Shown: positions 52,063-64,000 of the stretch, piece by piece
Numbering within the stretch: the first letter of the stretch is position 1
Layout of the letters: every line of letters starts with the position of its first letter
Assembly: GCA_023213395.1 (NCBI GenBank)
Contig: CM041465.1
Coordinates: 182,659,741 to 182,723,740 of the forward strand
Direction of reading: 5' to 3'
Source: Cycas panzhihuaensis
Taxonomy: Eukaryota; Plantae; Cycadophyta
DNA: 64,000 nucleotides
Notes under the pieces: generated by a model
Database searches by the model: none
Told to the model about the DNA's origin: nothing
Seen by the model: only the letters and a program-made list of their open reading frames with translations
Translations under genes and position numbers: made by a program

Positions 52063-55000
52063 TGTGGGAGCAAGTTTAGTTATATCTCTAAAAGATGTTA
52101 ATGTATCAAGGTCATTTGTGTAGATTAATTATGTGACCTTAGAATATATTATTAATATTAGTCTCTTAATGAAATACATTTTATATGCATTTAGATATAA
52201 TTTTGGGTTCATGTTATTAAGCGAAAAAATCCTAATCCTAATGCTCACCCTCAATAATAAAAGGTGAAATCTCAAGAAGAGAGTTATTATTCATTCTCAC
52301 CTCTAAGCTTGCTCTCATATCTTATTTTATCTTCTTTTTCATTCTCCATTACCATTATGTGCATGTGAGTGATTTATTCTCTAGATCCATCCTTCCTTCA
52401 TGTGGTATTAGAGCTAGAAGGGGATCTATTCACTCCATTCCACTTGCATGGAGTCATTTTGTATCTTCTTCACATTTAATATGAAGTATTAAGAGTGCAT
52501 TCATCATTTTTTAATATTTTGAGAGCTTAAAATTATAGTACTTTATATGTTGCTACTTTTTATATATGTATAAAAATTCAGAGGTGAATAATACATGTTG
52601 TCGAAGCCGTTCGGCTGCTAGAACAGTCTCAGAAGCATTAAAGGCCCAAAATTTCATAAAATTTTGACCATATCAGAATTTGATGAAATTTGGCATACGA
52701 GGTCACTTTGACTAGAGGATCATTTTTGTCTTCTAGAGAAACTTTAGATTCAACATGCAACAACAATTTTTGGATGTGACAAAAGGGTAAAATCTATGGA
52801 TAAGTGATTTAAGACACTTTTCCCAATGAAGTCCTTTAATTATTAGCTAAAAATCTGAAATTTTTATTAAGGGATCTGGTATATTTATATCTTAGGATCA
52901 TTTTAAGATAAATATTATCAAATTTCATCCACTAGTTAGTGAGATATATGTAGTTTTTTCACAGTTACTGATTTTACCTACTCAACCCCATAAAGGACAT
53001 TGCAAGGGCATTTCGAATAACGTTTTGGCATATTTTAGATATGATGCAGAAGGAAAAGTTGATGTATGTATCAAAATATAACTTTTCACATATTGAAGTT
53101 CAGATTCTGAGACAGTGGGTCTGGCAAGATTTTACTTTTGTGCTTTTTCAGACAAAAACGTTTTTATGCATTTTCAGAAATCTGACTTCACTACTCTATC
53201 AGAAATAGTATTTTGAACACTTTTTTCTTCTGTCATAAATTTAAATTTTATCATTTAAGCCTTCATATTTGTAATTTTTAAAAAAAATTATCTATTTATC
53301 ATTATTTATAAATTTTGTGAAAAAATCACAAAATAAGACAAAATAACATACATATTGATTTAGAAAAATCATCATTTTAGTGGCAAGTTGATCTGCGTTT
53401 TATCCCATTATGGATTTTGTATCAAAACTTCCAAAAATATATTTGGAAACACTGTACTAAAGCAAAGGGAAACCTTGTATCGAAAGTAATATATGGTTCC
53501 CTTGCTAAATCTAGCATGCTTTTTCTATTTGCACACATAACATAAAGCATAACAAAAGTAATAACAACAACAAAGCAAGCACAAAAAGTAAGCAAACATG
53601 TTTGGCAACTTTCCATTTCAGTTTTCAGTTATACAGAAATATCTTACACTATTCCTAAAGGGAATCTCATCCATGTGATATATACCACGAGTTCTTGATT
53701 TGTGTGCACACTTGCCTTGGTTGAAATAGACCAAGGTTGGCTAAAGTGCAGGCCCTAAGGGAGGTGTGAGTTTCATACTGGGTCTGGTCTTAATTAGAAT
53801 AGTGGTGGAGGGATAGATTAGCCATACCTACGGCCTCCAATTAGGGTAATCCTAATAATCACCCGAGAAAATTGAAAACCTTAATGCAAGATTAAAATTA
53901 ACCTGATCTAATATCTGTCATAGTGATGGGATACATAGTACTGTTTGACTCTTTGGAGGAGGTATATAGCTACTCATTGGTGAATTGGGTGAGGACTGGG
54001 AGTACCTGGGCTCCACTGTGACTTGGATTTCATCACCAAGTGCAAATGTGAGTATTGCGGGTGAAGGCCCTAATCATATACTAGAAGCCTTAGGTATCGA
54101 AACCTCACCTACATATGGATATAAGTGAGAGGTTAGTGGCATAACACATCACCACTCTTTGCCAGCTCTACATCAGGCCCCATTCTTGCATCATTACTTA
54201 TATTCATTTTTTTTTCATAGTTGTTAAAAAATACTTAATCATTGCTTGCTTCTCACCATAGCATTCATTTTTACATCTCTGCTATGCCAGGTGTATTAGC
54301 CACACATGTCAATGGAATATACTTCTATCATCTCTTCTACTTCATCATCATCACCATGTCATCTCAATTTAAGCAGAATGTTAACTGCATATTGAAAGGC
54401 AAAGAAAATTAGGATTTATGGTACACTGGAGTTAAAAATGATGCAAAGTATAAGGCCTTTGGAGAGACCACTTGTAGCTTACACCTAGCATACCAACAAT
54501 AGCTACAACATCCGCTTCCGGTAGATATACCCCAATAGCTCTTACATATGCCACAACCAAACTACAATGGGAGATAAATGATAAAAATATTCATACAGGA
54601 ATTTTGTTAGTCACTGATCACTCTTTGCGCAACTTGATTAATGAAGAGCAACATGATATAGCTTAGAAGGTCCTTGAAGTTCTTAAGAAGAACTTTGATA
54701 CCAAATTAGATTTAGAATTTGTTCATCTTTTTCTGAAAATGAACAAATTAAAAATACAAAATGGATGAGCTCATGAGACAATAAATCTCTTTCGACCAAT
54801 TAAACAGGCGATTGATAAAGATTTTAAGACCTAATGTATCACTTGGGCATTTTTCATCCAGTCATGTCTACATGTTTCTGATTATAAAAACTTGTTTGGA
54901 AGTCTTTAATCTAGTGGAATATTGAAGACACTCAACTTTAAAGCACTTACTGATAAGTTCATAGAATTTGACAAGACCTTTGATACGAACTTTGTAGTCT

Positions 55001-58000
55001 CTAACTCTCTTCCAGATGTAGCCTTTGAGGTAGAAGAAGAAGTTTGCTACACAAGAAATTAAGGTCCCTCTCATGGTAGAGGAAATAACTATGCAAGAGG
55101 AAGAGGAAGAAACATGGGAAATCATCCACAAGGTCAATCAAACCGTTGGATATAGCCTCAACAGTCTCAAGGCCAAGGGCCACAACAAAGAGCAAGATAG
55201 TCAGGACAAACTAGTACCTCTTCAAGGACTGGTAATCAAACCATTATCTGTGATTGGTGTAACCATAAAGGACACTTAGCAAAAGACTACAGAACCACCA
55301 CTTATAAGTTGGCTAAGTTCCAACCAAAACATGCAGTTCACAATGTTGAAGAAACTTATGAAGAATCCTTTAGTGGTGCAAGTTTTGTACAAGCACACAT
55401 TTAAAGAATTGAGAGATCTTTAGCATCAAATGCCATTTACCAACTAAAGAGATACTTTGAAGCTCGATGTAGATATATCACTTGTGAATTCCCTTCACCA
55501 ATGCCAAGCCCTATTGGAATTGCCAATAGTGTGGCTTCAATCAATGGACAGTGGATCGTGGACACAGAAGCAACTCAACATATGACGTGTAATCGCAGTC
55601 TATATCAAATATTTGACTCAAATGTTCAAGGAGTTGTTCACATAGCTGATAAATCACAACAACCTGTTGAAGGAATTGGTAACATTCACCTGAAACTCCC
55701 AGGCTTAGAAGATTTTACATTGCTTGATGTCTTATACATACCCAATCTCAAACAAAACCTACTCTCCTTATCCACACTTGTCTCTCATGGATTTGATCTG
55801 AGTATAACTGCAAATGACTAGACTCTCCATATCATTCACCCTTCAACTAATCAAGTGGTTTTGACTAGACATCTCTTTGGTAAACTTTTTTGACTTAATA
55901 ACTTTCCATCTTCTGAAGCCCATTGTGCCCAAAGCCCTTGTGCTAATAAAGAATTTGTATTTAATTTCATCTTGACCCATCCAACATTGTCACTAGAAGC
56001 TCTTTAGCATGATCACATGGGCCATGTTCACATTGATAGACTTAGAGATCTTTCTAACACTCTTCCAAATCTTCCAAAGTTCTCCTCTAAGCCCTTTAAA
56101 TGTGAAGCTTGTATCATTGCCAAATCTCGTCAACAACCCTTTCCTAAAAGTCAGTGGAAATCGAGCCATTCATTACAATTGGTACACTCTGATTTGTGTG
56201 GGCTAATGTACATTCCCTCACTGAAGGGCAAATTATATTACATCTTTTTCATTGATGATTTCACTAGAAAAGTATAGGTAACTTTTCTACATAAGAAAAA
56301 TGAAGCCTTTTGTATATTCAAAGAATTCAAAGCCCTCACTAAAAAAGAGTCAGGTTATCAACTTAAATGTCTTCAAACTAATAATGGTGGCGAATATACC
56401 TCACATGAGTTTAAAAGCTACCTTCGAGACAATGGCATCAAGCATCAAACAATAGTAGTAAGTACCCCATAGCAAAATAGAGTTGTCAAGCACATGAACA
56501 GGATAATCATGAACAAGGCTTAGGCTATGTTAATATACAAAAATATACCTGCCTACCTATGGGATGAAACTATCTAGACAGATGTTTATTATATCAATGT
56601 TGTTAGCCCATCAAAGGAATGACAAACACCTAATAAAAAGTGGTTAGGACAAGCCCCCATTGTTCACTACTTTAAAAAATTTGGCTCTACATGCTATGCC
56701 CACATTTTGGATGCAGATCGAAACAAACTCTAGCCAATGGCACTTAAAGGTATTTTTGTTGGATACCCTATGTATAAGAAAGGGTATAAGGTTTTTATAC
56801 CTTCACAATGGAAAATCATTGCTACCAGAGATGTCATTTTTGCAGAGATAGAGTATCAGTTACTTAAACTAGACTCTAAAGTACCTTCACGCTGCTATAA
56901 TCATGTTATCAAGTATGATGTTCAAATTCTAAAATTTAGGGGGGGGGATAGACATAAATTACTCCAAATATTGGAAGTTGAGAATAGAGCCTCGGAGAAT
57001 ACAAGTTGTGACTCTGGAACCGATGAGTGCACATCTAGCACCATCATTTGAAGATAACAGAATTAACAAAGGTAAAGCCATTATAGAAGAACCATCGTCT
57101 CCACCTTCTATCGAAAAAAGCAAAATAATGGTAGAAGGACCATCTTCCTCAAGTGCATCAACATCCTTCTCACAAAATAATCATTTTAATGAACAATATG
57201 AGAACCAAGAAGTTGAGAACATGAGGATTTCATTCCCAACTTAAGAATCTCAAGAAGCCTGCCAACTCAATAAGGATATACGACCAGATGATGTAGGCAA
57301 AACTAGCACTCGAAGTGCCCATAGAACAAGGATGTAGGAATCATTATATATTGAACTTAAATTAGCAGAGATGTGCCTTTCTCTTAATGAAGAGCCCTTA
57401 ATGTACCAAAAAGCTATAAAATATACAGTTTGGAGAAATGCTATGAATGAAGAGTACTAATCTCTTATTAAGAACAATACATGGGAGCTCGTTGATCTAC
57501 CACTTGGCAGAAAGGTAGTTTAAAATAAATGGGTATTTAAAAACAAATATAGATCAGATGGTACCCTTAAAAAATATAATGCGAGGTTGGTAGCTAAATG
57601 ATTTACACAAAGGGAAGGCATCAACCACATTGAAGTATTTGCACCTACAACCAAGTAGCCTACAATTAGAACTCTTATGGCCTTAGCTACTCAACAGGGT
57701 TGGAAAATCCACCAACTCGATATTAAGACTACGTTTCTCAATGGAGATCTTGAAGAAGAAATTCACATGGCTAAACTAGAAGGATATGAGATTGAAGGTT
57801 AAGATAATAAGGTTTGTAGGCTTAGAAAGTCCATGTACAGCCTTAAACAAGCCCTTCGTGCTTGGTTTGCTAAGTTATCTGAAAGAATGAGGTAACTTAG
57901 ATACCAAGTTTATGACTACCAAAATATTGATGCAACATTGTTCATCAAGCGCCATAAGGATAAAGTCACTTATCTCATAATCTTTGTGGATGACATGCTA

Positions 58001-59072
58001 GTAATGAGTCATAGTTAACAGGCAATAAGCCAACTGAAAAATGACATTGGCAAAACATTCGAATTATCTGACCTTAGTCTGATGAAATATTACTTAGAAA
58101 TTAAAGTAACATAAAAGAATAGAAAAAATTTCCTCTCCCAAGAAAAATACATCAATGATCTTCTAACCAAGTTTTAGTTAGAAGATGCTCGACTAATGAT
58201 GTTACCTATAGACCCTAATACCAAACTCTCAACTGAATGTGACACTATGGAGGTAGATACAATACTCTACAAAAAACTTGTAGGTAGTCTTATCTACACT
58301 ACTAATATAAGGCTAGATATTGCACACTCTGTTAGTATTCTTGCTCGTTATATGACAAATCCTAAGCAGAATCATTTGCAGGCAGCAGTGCGAGTGTTGA
58401 GATACCTTAAGACGACCAACAAATATGGTCTATTGTATGAACCTAATTCATACTTCAGGCTTTCTGCATACACATGCTCAGACTTTGCAGGAGATAAAGA
58501 TATAGGAAGATCTACGTCTGGGTATGTAATATTTCTTGGAATAACACCAATATCATGGAGATCCATATGGCAGAAGATTGTTATAGATTCAACTACTAAA
58601 GCTGAATACATTATTACTTTTGAGACCATTAAGGAGGTGATATGGCTTAGAAAATTATTGGAAACATTGAACATCATCTAAACAAGTCTTATCAGTCTTC
58701 ATATGGATAATCAATCAACAATCTGCATGGCAAAAAATCTTGTATTTCACGATCGTACCAAACACATAAGTATGAAAGTCCACAGGATTAGAGAACTTGT
58801 TCATGATGACACAATTCAACTAGAATACTACCCCACAACAAATTAAGTGGTTGATATCTTCATCAAACTACTACAAAAGGTGAAGTTTGAACAGTTTTGA
58901 AGGTAGCTCAGCCTTAGGGCCTTCATTTTCGATTGACCAATGAAGATGGCAACATGATCATCATACTCTATTCTCTTCATAAAAACCCCTTGTGGGCGCG
59001 GAAAAATAAGAGTAGGCATTTGATTTATCATGTTTGTGAAAACCCCATATGGGAATGAAAGGATAAGGGCTA
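52063..59072 (+). mobile_element. Ty1/copia element E9 with ~2 kb 5' leader; 3' LTR displaced out of window by E10
   Basis: 5' LTR ends ca at 52400 (start uncertain), PBS tggtattagagc 52403-52414. WIVDTEATQHM protease, HSDLCG and FIDDFTRK integrase, IFVDDML RT, SDFAGD...RSTSGY RNase H. Confidence 0.87.
54350..58920 (+). pseudogene. E9 gag-pol
   Basis: ORF fragments 55501-55821, 56017-56277 and 58196-58681 with copia domain motifs. Confidence 0.87.
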
Positions 59073-62000
59073 TGTTGACAAAACGCAGATCAGAAACAAA
59101 CAGAGAAAGGAATAAGATGATTTTCTATTGAGATTTATTTACTTAAGTATACAAGAGTCATGAGTTGGTTACAACCACTAATGTAACCAATCATTTAGAT
59201 GTTGCCAAGTGGCATGATATCATGAGAGCATTAAAGGGTTGGTCTAACATGACCCCCTCTTCTGTCCTAGATAAAACATTATATCTTAACACCCCCTCTT
59301 AATGTTTTATCTCTAAAAGTCCAATCTTGTCTCTCAAATATCTGAGTCTTGCTCTCCCAAGAGGTTTTGTCAGAAGATCTGCAACTTGTTCAGATGTCGG
59401 ACAGTATTCCAAGTCTATTTCTTTGTTCTGCACTTTTTCTCTTATAAAGTGATGATGGACTTCAATATGTTTTATTCTTGCATGCAGAATTGGATTTTTG
59501 GTTAGCTTGATGGCACTTTGGTTGTCATATTTTAGGGAAGTTGCTTCTTTCTGCTATTGATTTAAATCAAGCAAGAGTTGTATTAGCCAGATGGCTTCAC
59601 AAAGTTCTTGATGTGGTCGCTTTATATTCGCTTACAGAGGAGAGAGCCACTGTGGCTTGTTTTTTACTGCACCATGAGATTGCTGAATCTCCCAAGAAAA
59701 AATAAAAACCACTTGTGGATTTCCTTTGTTCTTTGTCGCCTGCCCAGTCTGAATCGTAGTATCCTGTGATTTTGATTGGATGCCCCTTTGAATAGACTAA
59801 CTTGAGATCTATTATTCCTTTGAGATATCTCAGAATTCTTTTTTCTGCTTGCCAGTGTCTCAACTTTAGATTCTGCATATACCTTGATATTAGCCCTACT
59901 GAGTAAGATATGTCGTCCGGTGGTCGGGTAGATCAGACTTCCAATCATTTGCCTGTACAGAGTAGCATCGGCATCTTTTTCCATACTATCCACTGTTAGA
60001 TTACAGTTTGTCTCCATGGGGGTGGTGCATGGATTGCAGTTTTCCATTTGAAATCGAACAAGTAGACTTTTGATGTAGTTACTTTGGGACAGAGTTACAT
60101 AGTTTTGGTGTTGACCTATTTCCAGTCCCAAGTAATAATTTAGTGAACCTAAATCATCATTTCAAACTTTTCTTTGAAGTTGACTTTTGATCCACTTGAT
60201 TCCTTCTACATCATTCCCAGTAAGCAGTATATCATCCACATAAACAACAATTATTGTTATCTTGTTGTTTGTTTTCCTTATGTATGATCGAATCAATTAC
60301 ACCGAGTGAACTTATTTTCTTCAAGAAAGTGATCTAGTTTTGCATACCGTGCACGGTGCTTGTTTTAGACCATACAAGGCCTTTTTCAATTTGCACTAGA
60401 TTTTCTTTTCCTTGTTCTCACAGATCCATCCGGTTGTTGCATATAAACCTCTTCTTCCGCTCACCGCTAGGAAGGCACTTTTACGTCCATCCGAGAGATT
60501 CCCCAACCTTGGGCGCCAAGGCTATTACTGCCCCATCTGTGTTCATCTTTGCCATCGGAGAAAAAGTCTCATCATAATCTATACCTGCAGTTTGAGTATA
60601 TCCTTTTGCAACTAACCTTGCCTTGTACTTTTTAATTTGGCCATCAACTCCTTTCTTTGTTTTGTAAACCCATTTGCGCTTCTGAGATTTATTAGCAAGT
60701 AGTTCTACTAATTCTCATGTTTGATTTTTCTTGATTGAATTTATTTCATTGTCCATTGCTTCTCTCCATTCTAGATGATCTTTCGCTTCGTCAAAATTCT
60801 GTGGTTCAACCTTGCTTAGGAGAGCTCTTGACCTTTGCCCTCGAGTTTTTTATTCCAATATATTTCCTTCTTCAACAGTTTTGATGTACCACTTTGGCAG
60901 CTTTTTTTGCTTCTGTGGATTTTCTTTTTCGACGATGTCTCTCTGATCAGTTGGTGATGATGGTCCTTCCTGACCTGTTGTTGATGACGAATCAGCTTGT
61001 CCTTCTTCTAGCTCGTTTTCTTCTCCAGTTTCTTGATTTTCTGAAGTAATTCCTGACTGATCTTCTTCCTCATCTTCCTGCATTATTCTCGTGTCCGACG
61101 CTCCCGCCTTTTCGCTTTCTATTATTTTGATCTGTGAGGATTCTTCTGAGCTATCTTCATTAAACACAACGTCTCTACTCACATAGATTCTATTTGTTCT
61201 AGGATCTATGCACTTATATGCCTTTGAGTTTTTACTATATCCTATCAATACACATTCTATGCTTTTTGCATCTAATTTGGACCTCCTTTTAACAGGAATA
61301 TGCACAAATGCTTGACTACCAAAAACCTTGAGAAAACTTACATCGGGTTTCAAACCTGTCCATGCTTCCTCTGGAGTGACGTTCTTCAGTATCCTGGTTG
61401 GACTTTTGTTTATCAAGTAGCATCTTTGTCTTGGATCGCTTGCCCAATATGTCTTTGATATCTTTGTTCCATACATCATGCTTCGAGCCATCTCCATCAA
61501 GGTTCTATTCTTTCTTTCAGCTACTCCATTTGACTGAGGAGTATAGGGAGTTGTTACTTGTCTACGAATTCCCCTATATTTGCAGTAATTTAGAAACTCG
61601 TTCGACATATATTCTCCTCCTCCATCTGACCTGATACACTTGATTTTCATTCCTGATTCTAGCTCAACTTCTGCCTTAAATTCTTTAAATGTTTCAAAGA
61701 CTTAAGACTTATTATGTAAAACATATACCCAAACTTTTCGAGTGAAATCATCAATGAAAGTTAAGAAATATCTGCATCCGTTTAGTGACAGGGGTGAAAT
61801 AGGGCCACAAATATCTCAGGTGTATCGATCTAATTTAGATTGAGATTTCCAAACGCTTTCTTTAAAAGGAAACCTATGTCGCTTTTCCGAGTTGACAACC
61901 TTTACAAACAAATGTATCTGAAGAGATATTAGGTAAACCATTTACCATTTCTGACTTTTCCATTTGTTTAAGTGTGTCAATTGGGAGATGTCCATACCTT

Positions 62001-64000
62001 AAATGCCATACTTTATTATCAGATTTAAGAGCAAGATGCTTTTTCTTCCAAACAAGGAAGTACAGGATTTGACAGAAGTTTGTAGAGATCATTGCATCTG
62101 ATCCATTTTCCAACAATTTTCCAGTCTTTTTTCATATCCAGGATGTGGCAATTCCCTTCTTCATCGAAAATGGTCCTCAGTCCCTTTTTGCTCAGTTGAG
62201 AGACTGAAAGAAGATTCATCTTCAGGTCTGGTACATAGAGAACATTTCCAATTTTTCTTTCATTTCCATTTAGATTTAATGAAATGGTTCCAATCCCTTT
62301 GATGTTAAGGGAGTACTTGTAACCCAGCTCCACGGACTTGTCCATATTGTATGGACTTATGGTTTGAAACCGCCTTCCCGACTAAGTCATGTGTTTAGAG
62401 GCTCCTCGAATCTATGTACCAAATGTCTTTGTCTTTCATTCCCATAACCAATCTTTGTATGAAGGCGCCTCTTCTTCTTCTTCTTCTTCTTCATCTTTTT
62501 CTTTCAGTATCCGCCGATAGGTCTTTTTCCTTTGTAAATTTCATTTCGCCTTTGAGGACACCGATAAGGATAGTGTCCACTCCGTCCGCATGAAAGATAT
62601 GTCGAAGACCCTACAATTGTTGGCGAAGTGTCCATTCCACGCTTGTAGCATATTCTATTTTCATCGCATCCTCGTCCTCGAATTTGACCGCCCCTCGACC
62701 TCGAATCGACATTCTCGCTTGGTGCACGAAATTGTTGTCTCCCTCTTGCCCGAGATTCAACTGGATGCAAAAGCATCTTCTAGCTCATTATATTTTCGTA
62801 TCTTTTGTTTCTCCGCTCCTGCCTTAATAGCGATCTGTCAATTCATCAAGTGTCAATTTATCTAACCTATCACTATCCGTGATAGTGTTAACAATGGTAT
62901 CAAAGATTTGGGCGACCTTTGCATTACTATTTCTACAAGGTCTTGTTCGGATATCATTTCTCCAAAGACTCGGAAGATTATTTCTCACGTTGATGATTTT
63001 ATGCATAAATTCTTCCACGCCTGCTTTCTTTCATATGGAGTTTATACAACTCTTCTTTGAGTGTGATTATCCTTGCTTTATTCTTTTGACCATATAGGTT
63101 TTCTAAACATTTCCAGATTTCAGAGGTCCGGGTTCGCTTTTCAACATAGACAAGTACTAATCGAAATAGACATTTTTAGGGTGAGACTACCCATATTATT
63201 CCTTTCAATCCATCTCTTTAATTTATCATCACCAGCAGGAGGACGGGTTTCTTTTCCTTCAGCAATTTCCCAAGCGTCTTTCATCTTCAGAATGGTCTCC
63301 ATTTTGATTTTCCACACATGGTAATTTGAACCGGGTCGCTTTTCGAGATAGAGTAATGAGGGAGGAAGACATGATTTTCGAGTTGAAGGACCTGATTTAG
63401 GGCTAGTCCGCATACAACGGATTCCGTGACAAAACCCTAGGTGTACTACCAAAATGAAGTGTACCTCAAAATGTAGGTTTTCAAGTCGCCTATGAGGATC
63501 TGAAGTCAGATTTTCGAAACTGCTTTCCAAATGAGAGAAATCGGCTCCAGAAGGAAAAATGGCGGCTAGGGCAGAAATTTAAATTTTGAGAAAAAACACT
63601 GGAAAATCTCAAAATAAACCTTCGATTTTGGATGCAAATCAAACGTATTTATAGTGTGAAGGATTTCAGACCAGAAATACCTGGATTTTTTTGAAAATCG
63701 AAGAGATTTTTGCTCTGGTTTCTCCAAAAACGCGCGGACTGGTTAGGGTCTGATTTGGGCTTGAAAACGGCCTCAAAATGCTTCACTCCAGAAGAGAAAT
63801 GTGTTCGGAGCCCTTCGATCTACCTCCCTGTAAATTTTTGTCTCGATCCGACACAGTTGAAAAAATGACGTCCGTACAGGTCCGTACAGGTCCGTACAAT
63901 TCCGTACGATGGAGAATTTATGACGCTGACTGATAAATCTTCCTTCAACACTTGATAGGATTGATAAACAGAAGAATTCTTCTCAAGAGATGTCAGTTTG
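59073..64000 (-). mobile_element. Young Ty1/copia element E10 (5' LTR beyond window)
   Basis: 3' LTR 59073-59291, PPT ccccctct, 266-aa integrase ORF (RSDGGGEY, TPQSNGVAERKNRT), YYDSDWAGD RNase H, gag start ~63372. CpGs largely retained. Confidence 0.93.
63871..63910. repeat. 4 x 10-bp tandem repeat TCCGTAC(AGG/AAT/GAT) in the E10 5' leader
   Basis: tccgtacagg tccgtacagg tccgtacaat tccgtacgat. Confidence 0.9.

Noticed and set aside
1257-63324. Numerous 60-130 aa ORFs antisense to or out of frame with TE genes
   Set aside because: Shadow ORFs of gag-pol/LINE frames or random ORFs with no recognisable domains.
63871-63910. Short direct repeats as a CRISPR-like array
   Set aside because: Eukaryotic context, 10-bp units with no spacers; part of a retrotransposon leader.

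Overview
AT-rich land-plant nuclear DNA; the large, repeat-laden, methylation-decayed character suggests a large-genome plant, but the species cannot be determined. The window opens with the last two coding exons of an AIP2-like RING-H2 E3 ligase gene (+ strand, stop at 748). Most of the rest is a retrotransposon graveyard. It holds about nine degenerate Ty1/copia elements or fragments with short (~185-340 bp) LTRs, tRNA-iMet PBS and 5-bp TSDs, a solo LTR, a Ty3/gypsy gag-protease remnant, and a near full-length L1-type LINE with an RNase H domain, with nesting up to four levels deep. The main points of interest are: (i) a non-autonomous LTR element (17461-22115) lacking recognisable gag/RT that carries a captured 5' fragment of a host VAMP71-type R-SNARE gene plus a decayed unknown ORF with hydrophobic segments; (ii) a stem-loop enclosing the PPT, conserved with compensatory changes in eight different elements; (iii) a CGTAC-based repeat conserved in the 5' leaders of several copia families. 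All coordinates and alignments were made by eye.
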